In this document: positions 39,842 to 47,887 of the stretch, piece after piece | Position numbering within the stretch: the first letter of the stretch is position 1 | How the letters are laid out: the number at the start of each line of letters is the position of its first letter | Source: a virus | IMG/VR virus record: IMGVR_UViG_3300034082_002865 | Span: 6,094-70,093 of that record | Length of the DNA stretch: 64,000 nucleotides | Reading direction: 5' to 3' (one strand) | Translations under genes and position numbers: made by a program | Notes under the pieces: model-generated | What the model was told of the DNA's origin: nothing | Databases searched by the model: none | Seen by the model: only the letters and a program-made list of their open reading frames with translations

Positions 39842-40567
39842 CTATGCCTGTACTGCTTCTAATTCTGCTTGGTGGGCGGCTGCAAAGTCTTTGCCTGTTA
39901 GTTGGCCACTGGCAATAACAGATGTTAAAACGTGCATAGGGTTATTGATGTTTGCCCAGAAATTATACAAGTTCTTACCTTTGAACATGTATTCGTTAAA
40001 ATACGATGTATAATTTGTTAACCACTCTGTGTTAATCTTATTATAGAACAAATAAAACTCTTCATATTTTAGAAGTTGGACAAAATTTATACCTGTTAGA
40101 TCGTCAGTCGGGTCTGATGGATGAGATTCAACAAACTCTCTAAACTCAGGAACATCGATAGTTTGCATATTGTAGATAGTTAAACTGTCTAATACTTTCG
40201 ACCATTGGTTAATAATTTCTTTATTTTCTTCTACAAACTTTGTCAGTTGAGCATTAGATAACATCTTACCTTCCGTTTGTGGAAGTCCAAATCTATTAGT
40301 AAACAACATTTCTAACGCAGCAATTTCTAGTGTACGAATCTGTACTAATATTTTTGAATTAAAATAGTCTTTTAATAACTCTAAGAACTCGTCATCAAAT
40401 TCTACATCAATATCACATGGGATATTAAGATTACTAAGGTAGATTAAAAGTTTACTACCTTTTAAGGTACTATTCTTATAATCAATTTCATATTGTACTG
40501 TGTTGTCAACGAAGTACTTTTTTAACCCATCCATTGGGATAGGAGCGGTTACTTTTATATTTTGCAT
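39842..40567 (-). CDS. Hypothetical protein immediately downstream of the CHxS protein
   Basis: 241-aa ORF starting 3 nt after the CHxS gene stop; no recognised motif. Confidence 0.65.
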   Translation of the reverse strand: MQNIKVTAPIPMDGLKKYFVDNTVQYEIDYKNSTLKGSKLLIYLSNLNIPCDIDVEFDDEFLELLKDYFNSKILVQIRTLEIAALEMLFTNRFGLPQTEGKMLSNAQLTKFVEENKEIINQWSKVLDSLTIYNMQTIDVPEFREFVESHPSDPTDDLTGINFVQLLKYEEFYLFYNKINTEWLTNYTSYFNEYMFKGKNLYNFWANINNPMHVLTSVIASGQLTGKDFAAAHQAELEAVQA

Positions 40568-40570
40568 TTA

Positions 40571-41158
40571 TTATCTCCTTGAACGCGAACTATGGCAAGA
40601 ACTGTGGCAACTTGCGTGGCAAACATTTACTGTAACAGTTTCGGTATTGTCTGAAAAATCAAGGTACAGTGCTCTAGCACGGTCAAATAAATCTTCTAAT
40701 CCAGCTCTTTCTATCCTTGCGCCAGTTAATGGCTGGCCTCTTGCTAACAACGCCGCATTTGTAGCGTAGATGTAACCAGTATTCAAATGAGCTTTACGTG
40801 TTTGATCAAAAATAATGCCGCCCGGTGTTCTTGGGCCAGCACTTGTGTTCCAAGGGGCACCGCCAGTTACTGTTACATTTAAGATAGCCCTCATGTTTCT
40901 AATATTTGAATATCTAAATGTTTCTGATAGCACACCATTGTAAATTGTTAAAGCAGCAACAAGACTGCCCCGGGCGCCGGCGCCCGATAACGAAGTTGGT
41001 TTGCCGCTAGTATCGCCGCCGAAATATGCTGCACTCAATTCTGGAAACGGTATTGCGTTTGTACCCCAAACAATGCCTGAATTAGCAGTTGCGACTACGT
41101 AGTCAGCAAATCTGTCAATTATGTTCTGTAATGTTACTGGATTGGTTAATGATGCCAT
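40571..41158 (-). CDS. 195-aa protein with C-terminal (Cys-His-x-Ser)3 tail; candidate substrate/precursor of the radical SAM cluster
   Basis: Ends ...TVTVNV-CHAS-CHSS-CHSS-RSRR; GAGGA Shine-Dalgarno and TATAAATA upstream. Confidence 0.75.
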   Translation of the reverse strand: MASLTNPVTLQNIIDRFADYVVATANSGIVWGTNAIPFPELSAAYFGGDTSGKPTSLSGAGARGSLVAALTIYNGVLSETFRYSNIRNMRAILNVTVTGGAPWNTSAGPRTPGGIIFDQTRKAHLNTGYIYATNAALLARGQPLTGARIERAGLEDLFDRARALYLDFSDNTETVTVNVCHASCHSSCHSSRSRR

Positions 41159-41169
41159 ATGTTAATTCC

Positions 41170-41865
41170 TCACCCTATATTTATATGTAGTCTACCTTGC
41201 CCGATCTTTTCATAGAACCATAACAACGAATTAAGGGAATCTTCATCTTCTCCAGGTTTATACAACGTATTTTGTAATGCTTCCATCCGTTCTACAAAAA
41301 AATTTAAGGTAATTCTTGGTTGGTCAGATTGTTGACCTTGCCAATTATGCCAAGTTACTCGATGTCCTGGATAAAATAATGCTGCCCTATTTGATTTCCA
41401 TGGAACTTGTGTAACAAAATCACTGTTGTTAGGGCCGGAATATAATCGAGTACCTACACTCTTTTCTGGTTGCAAATACGTTACTAAATTTAGTATTTTA
41501 TAAATGCTTTCGTCATGTATCGGATATTGAAAGTAGCGGCCTGTTATACCAAACTTTGGCATAATAAAGTAACTACCCCTAAATGCACCATTTAGGCAAT
41601 TTTCTCCTACTATCTCTTTTAGATTATACAGTATTAGATCAGCGGTGTCAAGTATCAAATTAGTTGCTTTGTCAGATATACCAAGGGCAATAGCTTCGTC
41701 AATATGTACCGGCACTGTTTTGTCCGATATACATAAATGAGACAAATGAGTAGCTGCTTGATTAATTATTTCAAAAGATTTATCATCAAATATATTATCA
41801 ATTATTTTATGAGACCAGGGGGTTGTTATTAACGGTGCATTGATAATATTGTTAATGTTTATCAT
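41170..41865 (-). CDS. 2OG-Fe(II) oxygenase (paralog family)
   Basis: PWSHKIIDN, HDE..K..TYLQP..GTRLY..WKSNRA..TWH...RIT; start set at MININ by analogy with 38485. Confidence 0.8.
   Translation of the reverse strand: MININNIINAPLITTPWSHKIIDNIFDDKSFEIINQAATHLSHLCISDKTVPVHIDEAIALGISDKATNLILDTADLILYNLKEIVGENCLNGAFRGSYFIMPKFGITGRYFQYPIHDESIYKILNLVTYLQPEKSVGTRLYSGPNNSDFVTQVPWKSNRAALFYPGHRVTWHNWQGQQSDQPRITLNFFVERMEALQNTLYKPGEDEDSLNSLLWFYEKIGQGRLHINIG
41178..41185 (-). promoter_or_regulatory. T4-type late promoter for the CHxS gene
   Basis: Perfect TATAAATA, 19 nt upstream of ATG 41158, inside the 3' end of the upstream gene. Confidence 0.6.
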
Positions 41866-42694
41866 CAGTAATCCATATATCATTTATTTTTGTAAATTTG
41901 ACACCGCCAAAAGTACACTTATTATTATCAAAAGAAATAATATCTTTGAAGAAAATTTTATGCTTTATATGTGATTCCCAATGATTTGGATCAATGCAAG
42001 TGATAAAATCTAACGAATATGTACAGTGAGCTAGTTTCAACGAATTATTTGCAATTTCAAAGTACGCATACTTGCCACCATCTTCACAAATTAATTTATC
42101 AGTTAATGTAGTTGCTTTTATCATAAAATCCTTAGACTTCTTAAATATTTTTAAGAATGAAATTGGATTAGTAATTTCTGTATAGGGTCGATTACAAAAA
42201 AACGGATCTTGATCTAAAAAATTATCCCATACGTAAAATATCTTTACACGATCTGTTGGTATAATATAAGATAGTACTAATAATCGAGCAGTACCAGGAT
42301 GTGCAATATACTTGTTATCCGCCGCCTGTAATAATTGTATAGGATTGTTAGTACCGTTTTCTTTTATATCTTTAATTACCCATCCTAGTTTTAATAGATA
42401 TCTTAGATGTCTATATTGTGGTGACCAATCTTTTCCGTCCCAAAAATCTGACTGCAATGCTAATTGATCAATATAGTTAAGATCTGATTGTCTTAATGTT
42501 TCAATATAATTACTAACTTCTTGTATAACATTAACACTAGTATATGCAAATAACTCATCTGAAGAAATATCAAAATACACTACTTTAGATTTTTTATTAA
42601 GAAAAAACCAACTTATGGCGGCGATATTTCTAAATAATCGACGTAACCAGCAGGTCACCTTATTCATATAATTGAGTATGGTGCCAATGTTCAT
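41852..42694 (-). CDS. Hypothetical protein with a ParB/Srx-like motif
   Basis: IKENGTNNPIQLL....KYIAHPGTARL resembles the ParB-N G..PI.....y.i..G..R motif; start set at the TAATG overlap at 42694. Confidence 0.45.
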   Translation of the reverse strand: MNIGTILNYMNKVTCWLRRLFRNIAAISWFFLNKKSKVVYFDISSDELFAYTSVNVIQEVSNYIETLRQSDLNYIDQLALQSDFWDGKDWSPQYRHLRYLLKLGWVIKDIKENGTNNPIQLLQAADNKYIAHPGTARLLVLSYIIPTDRVKIFYVWDNFLDQDPFFCNRPYTEITNPISFLKIFKKSKDFMIKATTLTDKLICEDGGKYAYFEIANNSLKLAHCTYSLDFITCIDPNHWESHIKHKIFFKDIISFDNNKCTFGGVKFTKINDIWITDDKH

Positions 42695-43389
42695 TATTTG
42701 TTTGTTGTTAGATGACCTTGCCCAAATTGGTCGTACAGCCAAATTAAATCTTCTTTAATATCAAACATCCCATCTTCATCTTCTAGATGTTGAGTCAATG
42801 TTTCCATCTTTTCAATTTCAAATTTAATAGTAACTCTTCCTGTGGAATTAGGATTATACCAATCATGCCAAGTCTCTTCATTCCTGTGAGGAGTCAACAT
42901 AAATGCTCGGTTAGGTTTCCATTCAAGTGTATGAGTATATGTATTCATATCATTTTCTGTGTAAAAATGAGTACCTAAGTTTTTCTCAGGGTACAGGTAT
43001 AATACAACAACCATTACTTTATTTGCACCATCTGTATGGATAGGAAAACGATAGTCTTTGCCAGTAATAGCAAATTTAGGCATACAGTAATATCCGTGGC
43101 GACTAGGATTAAAGTGATGGAATGGCTGTGCTAAGTTATGTATATTATCTAGAATGTTATCAGCAACTGAAATAATGTCGTTAATAGCTTCTTGGTCGAC
43201 GCCCAAATTTCTAGCTTGTCTTAACCACATACCTATATAAGTATTGTCTTCACTATATTGGCTAATATGTTCTGCTGCCTTGCTTACTCTTGTAAATGCA
43301 TCCGGACTTAAGAAGTTTTCAATAATTTTATGCTCCCAGGGAAAGTTGGTTATAGGAGTTTCTTGGATCTTGCTGGTAATATCGGTCAT
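42694..43389 (-). CDS. 2OG-Fe(II) oxygenase (paralog family)
   Basis: PWEHKIIEN, HTD..K..LYLYP..GTHFY..WKPNRA..TWH...RVT. Confidence 0.8.
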   Translation of the reverse strand: MTDITSKIQETPITNFPWEHKIIENFLSPDAFTRVSKAAEHISQYSEDNTYIGMWLRQARNLGVDQEAINDIISVADNILDNIHNLAQPFHHFNPSRHGYYCMPKFAITGKDYRFPIHTDGANKVMVVVLYLYPEKNLGTHFYTENDMNTYTHTLEWKPNRAFMLTPHRNEETWHDWYNPNSTGRVTIKFEIEKMETLTQHLEDEDGMFDIKEDLIWLYDQFGQGHLTTNK

Positions 43390-44432
43390 ATCTGTTTAAT
43401 ATTAATTATTTTGCGTTTATTTATAGATGCTAAATTGATCATCAAACTCTTAGGTGCTCCGCATATATCACCCTGCCATTCTAATTGATGACAATCGCTA
43501 TTGCAGTACTGGAACACTTCGCAATCATAGCATCTAGGATCTCTAGAACGTTCGCAGGTAATGTTTTCTAATCTCTGAGGGTTAGTCAATAGATCAGGAA
43601 TCATATCATTAATATGGCCAAATGCCTGTTCAGGTGCGCTGTTTGGACAGCCAGCAATAGTTCCATCTGCATTAACTGTGAACAGCTTTTCTTCGCAATC
43701 TCTACAGAAGGTGCCACCACCAGTAAATCCCGTTTCAAATTTTGTGTAAACTGATTCTAAAAATTCATTATCAAACCAGGATCTAGCATCATGTTGCTGA
43801 CTCTGTTCGTGCAACTTTAGGAACCACATGTCCTGCTCTATATTTGTGGGAAATATATGTAGATTAGCTGCGGCGGAACCATTCATAGTTAACCGCTCCA
43901 ATGCCAACTCAGTTACGCCTAACTCACGTACCCATTCTAACAAATCGATCGGTTCCATTGCAACAGTACCTTTAGTAACGCTGACAAATAGCTTAATAGT
44001 AACACCCAGATCAATTAGAGTCGTTACATTTTTACGCCAAAGGTCGTATTGCTTAGGGCTGGCAAAACGAATATCGGGATCCCAACTTGTTCCTATACGG
44101 CCGCCAAGTGGTCCCATAATAAAATCAATCTTATCTTGAGTTAGCTTGAAGGTAAGATTAGTGGTAATGCCCCAACTTTGACTGGGCCAAAGATCTTGAC
44201 AGTTATCGTACACATACTGTAAAGATTCTATGTCTGCAAGGAATGGCTCACCACCGTGAAATTCTAAATGTACATGTGGACTGGGCGCATCTTTAGATAA
44301 TCGTTGTAACCAGTCCGCGGTCTTAACATGATCCCAGTATATCTTTGCACCTTTGCTACCACTGGTAAAACAATGTAAACAATTAAGATTACAGGTTTCA
44401 GTTGTCTTTAGATAAATCAATAATTCTTTCAT
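43386..44432 (-). CDS. Radical SAM/SPASM enzyme
   Basis: YLKTTETCNLNCLHC, FHGGEP, CRDC..GTIAGCP...CYDCEVFQYCNSDC...C. Confidence 0.92.
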   Translation of the reverse strand: MKELLIYLKTTETCNLNCLHCFTSGSKGAKIYWDHVKTADWLQRLSKDAPSPHVHLEFHGGEPFLADIESLQYVYDNCQDLWPSQSWGITTNLTFKLTQDKIDFIMGPLGGRIGTSWDPDIRFASPKQYDLWRKNVTTLIDLGVTIKLFVSVTKGTVAMEPIDLLEWVRELGVTELALERLTMNGSAAANLHIFPTNIEQDMWFLKLHEQSQQHDARSWFDNEFLESVYTKFETGFTGGGTFCRDCEEKLFTVNADGTIAGCPNSAPEQAFGHINDMIPDLLTNPQRLENITCERSRDPRCYDCEVFQYCNSDCHQLEWQGDICGAPKSLMINLASINKRKIINIKQI

Positions 44433-44893
44433 CAGTATCCTACGCTAAGTGCCCAAGTGTTTGCTCTGCTGTGTACTTTATGAATGTGACGTCTAGGAAT
44501 ATAAACGCCTTGTCCCGGATTTAATATGATACGCTTATTTCTTAATAAGACTATCTTCTGTCCTTTGATCACATGTAGGTATACATTTACATCGTCTTTA
44601 TGCCAATTGAAGCTATAGCCGTATCGTTGAGCAACAAACAGATGTATATTTTTTATATCAAATCTAGCAAAGTTAACGGCAATGTCATTTACACTTTCTA
44701 GTCCCTCTACTTTGATTGCAGGGAATGTCTTGTACTGTTGTACCCAAGATAGATAGTCAAATTTCTCGTTGACTAGGCAATCAGCGTGTGGATGTCCTGG
44801 ATATCCTATTACCCTGATATGTTGATTTTCGTATCTATCGTAATCAACTAATAGATCTTTTGTTAACTGTAGTAGAGTTCGATTGCAAGTCAT
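44432..44893 (-). CDS. Cupin/JmjC-like oxygenase
   Basis: SFNWHKDDVNV...KGQK...LNPGQGVYIPRRHIH (HxD...H). Confidence 0.75.
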   Translation of the reverse strand: MTCNRTLLQLTKDLLVDYDRYENQHIRVIGYPGHPHADCLVNEKFDYLSWVQQYKTFPAIKVEGLESVNDIAVNFARFDIKNIHLFVAQRYGYSFNWHKDDVNVYLHVIKGQKIVLLRNKRIILNPGQGVYIPRRHIHKVHSRANTWALSVGY

Positions 44894-45536
44894 ATAATTC
44901 TGTTAGCCAATAGTCGGCCATTGGCACATTTCTGTATTCTTCAAAACAAGGAGATCCAAGTGTATAATGAATCAGCTTGGCATCTTTGTTGTCACCATAC
45001 TCATCTGCTAACCAATTCCATTCTGCAGGTATACTTCCTATTAATTTATCATCCAACCACTTGAACTGATGCAGGTATTGTCCGGTCTGTTGCTCAATCA
45101 TGGCAGGTGTTAGTACACTGTTTCTCTCGTGAGCACAGTTGATCAACATAACACTGCTCCAATTTTTTCTATTGTAATTTCTATTGGCATTACCCAAAAA
45201 CTTAATAGGACTAGATGTCTGATAATCATGTTGTACACACATAATAGCATATTTAGAATTAGAAAGCGACCAAAGCTGAGAGATATCTGTCCGGGCTAGC
45301 ATATCACAATCCATAAAGATTGCCCATCCTTTGTATCCCATCATGTAGGGAACTAAGAACCTACTGTAGCTAAATGCAGTACTGCCGTCAGTATGAGTTT
45401 CTGTATAGAAGTCCATACTTTCCAAATTTATTGGAATAATGCTGATTGGTTGGGAAGTTAGTCGTGTTAGACTATTTGCCAGCACGGCAAAGTTTAGGGA
45501 CTCTCTAGAATCGTACCCTACGAAAATTGGAATCAT
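44844..45536 (-). CDS. Glycosyltransferase (GT-A, GT8-like)
   Basis: IFVGYDSRE, FSYSRFLVP, DCD (DxD), RKNWSS, EWNWL, IHYTLG.P. Confidence 0.8.
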   Translation of the reverse strand: MIPIFVGYDSRESLNFAVLANSLTRLTSQPISIIPINLESMDFYTETHTDGSTAFSYSRFLVPYMMGYKGWAIFMDCDMLARTDISQLWSLSNSKYAIMCVQHDYQTSSPIKFLGNANRNYNRKNWSSVMLINCAHERNSVLTPAMIEQQTGQYLHQFKWLDDKLIGSIPAEWNWLADEYGDNKDAKLIHYTLGSPCFEEYRNVPMADYWLTELYDLQSNSTTVNKRSIS

Positions 45537-45544
45537 TTATAAGG

Positions 45545-45766
45545 TTACTTGCTGTCATGGTCAGGAAGTGGGCCGCCATAATGCTTACCGCGGATCTTCT
45601 TGCCCTTGATGTAGTTACCTTGGCCGTCTGTATGGCCTTTGCCTTTTGATTGATGAGCTCGGAGCCCTTGACTTACACAGCTAGAATGATCACTACGTCC
45701 TAGTCGTTTAGAACTGCGGCATAGTTTCGGATCAGTTTTTTCGGTAATAAATTCATGTGCTCTCAT
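45545..45766 (-). CDS. Small basic protein with MRAxEF leader
   Basis: MRAHEFITE...; TAAATA-AAAGC-ATG fixes the start at 45766 (the longer ORF-track start runs through a terminator). Confidence 0.6.
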   Translation of the reverse strand: MRAHEFITEKTDPKLCRSSKRLGRSDHSSCVSQGLRAHQSKGKGHTDGQGNYIKGKKIRGKHYGGPLPDHDSK

Positions 45767-45785
45767 GCTTTTATTTATTCTATCC

Positions 45786-45812
45786 AAAAGAAACCCCACC
45801 GAAGTGGGATTC
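45786..45812 (-). terminator. Intrinsic terminator after the hydrolase/membrane-protein operon
   Basis: Minus strand GAATCCCAC-TTCG-GTGGGGTTTCTTTT (UUCG tetraloop plus U tract). Confidence 0.8.
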
Positions 45813-45830
45813 CATTAGATTATGTTGCTA

Positions 45831-46157
45831 TTACCGGAATAGTATCAATCCCATCATCAATGTCTGCGCCGCAAATCCTAGACAGATTGTAGCAATATAG
45901 GCAAAGTTCTTTTCAATTAGACTCTTAAAGAACAGAGCAATCAACGCACTCCAAACAAAGATCATAAGATCTACGGGTGGCAATTTATCACTTTGCGCTA
46001 ACAACACTGCTAGTAACGTAGGCACACTAGCAAGATGTAACAGTATAATGGTAATCCATCCCAAAGTATTACCTGTAATACGCCCCAAATGGTCACGCAA
46101 GAAATACCAAATCCAACGCGGAGTTTGACTAACCAATTTCAAAATTTCTCGTTTCAT
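45831..46157 (-). CDS. Small multi-TM membrane protein (possible holin)
   Basis: 108 aa with about three hydrophobic segments, directly downstream of a cell-wall hydrolase. Confidence 0.5.
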   Translation of the reverse strand: MKREILKLVSQTPRWIWYFLRDHLGRITGNTLGWITIILLHLASVPTLLAVLLAQSDKLPPVDLMIFVWSALIALFFKSLIEKNFAYIATICLGFAAQTLMMGLILFR

Positions 46158-46166
46158 TATAGGTCC

Positions 46167-46763
46167 TTACTTGTAAAAAATATGATTACCAATTTTAGCT
46201 ACACGCTCTCGTTTCCACCCAGGATTAATATAATCCCCGTGAAAATACATTGCCTTTTCTAGACTAGGAAGTCTAAATCCTTCTAGCAATACTTTTTTAG
46301 CAACTTCCATACTTTCTTTGTAGTTGCCTCCGTGTACTGGCCTAGCTAGGGTTACTCGATCGCATACCCACGAGAATTGGCACAATACCTTTTCATAAAC
46401 AACATTCTTTTGATAGATGGTTTTGCAAATATCATCGGGATATTGGCCGCTGTTTACCCTATTAATAGTAACCTGTGCTACTGCAACTTTACCTTCAAAC
46501 GGTTGGTTGCCCGCTTCATAATAAATGTTCTTAGCAAGACAACTTAGTTGTCGTTCTCTCATTTCCAATGTGATTACTGTGCTCGAAGTAGCGTCAGGAT
46601 CGACACCCTTTTGATCAATTGCCCAATCTAATAGTTTAGCTGCGAACGCTACGCTGGCTAACACAAGGACTATTGCACAGATTCTGCTCAAAATTTGAGC
46701 TATCTTCTGATTGGCTTCTCGACACGCAAGCGTATCTTCTACCAATGTGTTCGTAGTAGTCAT
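46167..46763 (-). CDS. Cell wall hydrolase, SleB/Hydrolase_2 family, with N-terminal TM segment
   Basis: CLAKNIYYEAGNQPFEGKVAVAQVTINRV..YPDDIC...CQFSW...YFH....P.W....IGNHIFY; AGGAGG SD. Confidence 0.9.
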   Translation of the reverse strand: MTTTNTLVEDTLACREANQKIAQILSRICAIVLVLASVAFAAKLLDWAIDQKGVDPDATSSTVITLEMRERQLSCLAKNIYYEAGNQPFEGKVAVAQVTINRVNSGQYPDDICKTIYQKNVVYEKVLCQFSWVCDRVTLARPVHGGNYKESMEVAKKVLLEGFRLPSLEKAMYFHGDYINPGWKRERVAKIGNHIFYK

Positions 46764-46843
46764 AACTAGAACCTCCTGTTAAGTTGTTGATATAAGTATG
46801 TATCAGTGTGTGTACATCAATTAAAACTTTGACGCATATAGTA

Positions 46844-46872
46844 ATTATAGCATTCTATTAAAACAATGTCAA
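46844..46872 (-). promoter_or_regulatory. Consensus sigma70 promoter for the hydrolase operon
   Basis: TTGACA-17 bp-TATAAT with an extended -10 TGn. Confidence 0.8.
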
Positions 46873-46898
46873 GTTATATATTTAACCATATATTTTGG

Positions 46899-46927
46899 TT
46901 GACTTTTTGGTAAATTGATGTTATTAT
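46899..46927 (+). promoter_or_regulatory. Sigma70-type promoter, divergent from the hydrolase promoter
   Basis: TTGACT-17 bp-TATTAT with an extended -10 TGn. Confidence 0.7.
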
Positions 46928-46962
46928 ATACATACTAAACAACAAACCCAGAAAGGTTTCAA

Positions 46963-47112
46963 ATGTACGCTTATCAAGTTTGGATTCGACTCAATCCTTA
47001 TCAAACTGCTAATGTTGTAGTTCGAGCCAACAACGACTACGAAGCTAAGATGCTAGCTGAATCACAGTACGGTTCTGGGAATGTACTTAACTATACTAGA
47101 ATAAATGAGTGA
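46963..47112 (+). CDS. Small hypothetical protein (49 aa), absent from the ORF track
   Basis: MYAYQVWIRLNPYQTANVVVRANNDYEAKMLAESQYGSGNVLNYTRINE; GAAAGG SD and promoter upstream; overlaps the next start. Confidence 0.7.
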   Translation: MYAYQVWIRLNPYQTANVVVRANNDYEAKMLAESQYGSGNVLNYTRINE

Positions 47113-47887
47113 AGATCAAAATAGAAAACCGTTTGGCATAATTCAATCAAGGGGGCTAGGTGACATACTTATTGCCCTTCCTATAGCTCGATACTATCAC
47201 GATCGTGGTAGGCAAGTCGTATGGCCTGTGTGCGAGCAATTCCATAATTCAGTTAAAGATGCGGCACCATGGGTAACCTGGGTGCCCATTCCCTCAGATG
47301 CAGGCGGCAAATTCTTTTACGACCGTCCGTATTTTGAATTAGGTCGACATGGCTGCACAGAATGGGTATGCCTGTATCAAGCACTCAGCGGTCATCCGGA
47401 ACTTGTAGGTCGCCCTTACTTCCAAATACAAAAGTTTGACGAACACAAATATACTGCCGCTGGCGTTCCTTTTACACATAAATGGAAGCTTCGTGATTGT
47501 ATTACTCGCAATCAAGATCGTGAACAACAACTGTATAATCAATTAGTTCGAAGTCCCAACTACTATGTTACACACTTAAAAGGCAGCACATATCAAGCGC
47601 CGATAGATCTAAGTCATATTCCAGACGACTGGCAACGTATTGACGTAGATGATTGCTTAACTGAATCAGTATTTGATTGGATTAAAATAATCGAAGGAGC
47701 ACAGGCATTGATTGCCTTAGATTCCGTTATTGCTAATATGGTTGATCAATTGGATATTGATGTAGACAAATATTGGGTGCCAAGGAGTCACATACATCTT
47801 ACACCAGTGTTAGGATCTGTATGGACTATCCTAGAAGCGCCGGCTGATAGCATAGCCGCTAAACCAATCTTCGGAGCATCAAAATGA
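47105..47887 (+). CDS. Glycosyltransferase-like protein (GT9/heptosyltransferase-like)
   Basis: RGLGDILIALP N-terminal motif; W..IIEGAQALIALDS C-terminal motif. Confidence 0.6.
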   Translation: MSEDQNRKPFGIIQSRGLGDILIALPIARYYHDRGRQVVWPVCEQFHNSVKDAAPWVTWVPIPSDAGGKFFYDRPYFELGRHGCTEWVCLYQALSGHPELVGRPYFQIQKFDEHKYTAAGVPFTHKWKLRDCITRNQDREQQLYNQLVRSPNYYVTHLKGSTYQAPIDLSHIPDDWQRIDVDDCLTESVFDWIKIIEGAQALIALDSVIANMVDQLDIDVDKYWVPRSHIHLTPVLGSVWTILEAPADSIAAKPIFGASK

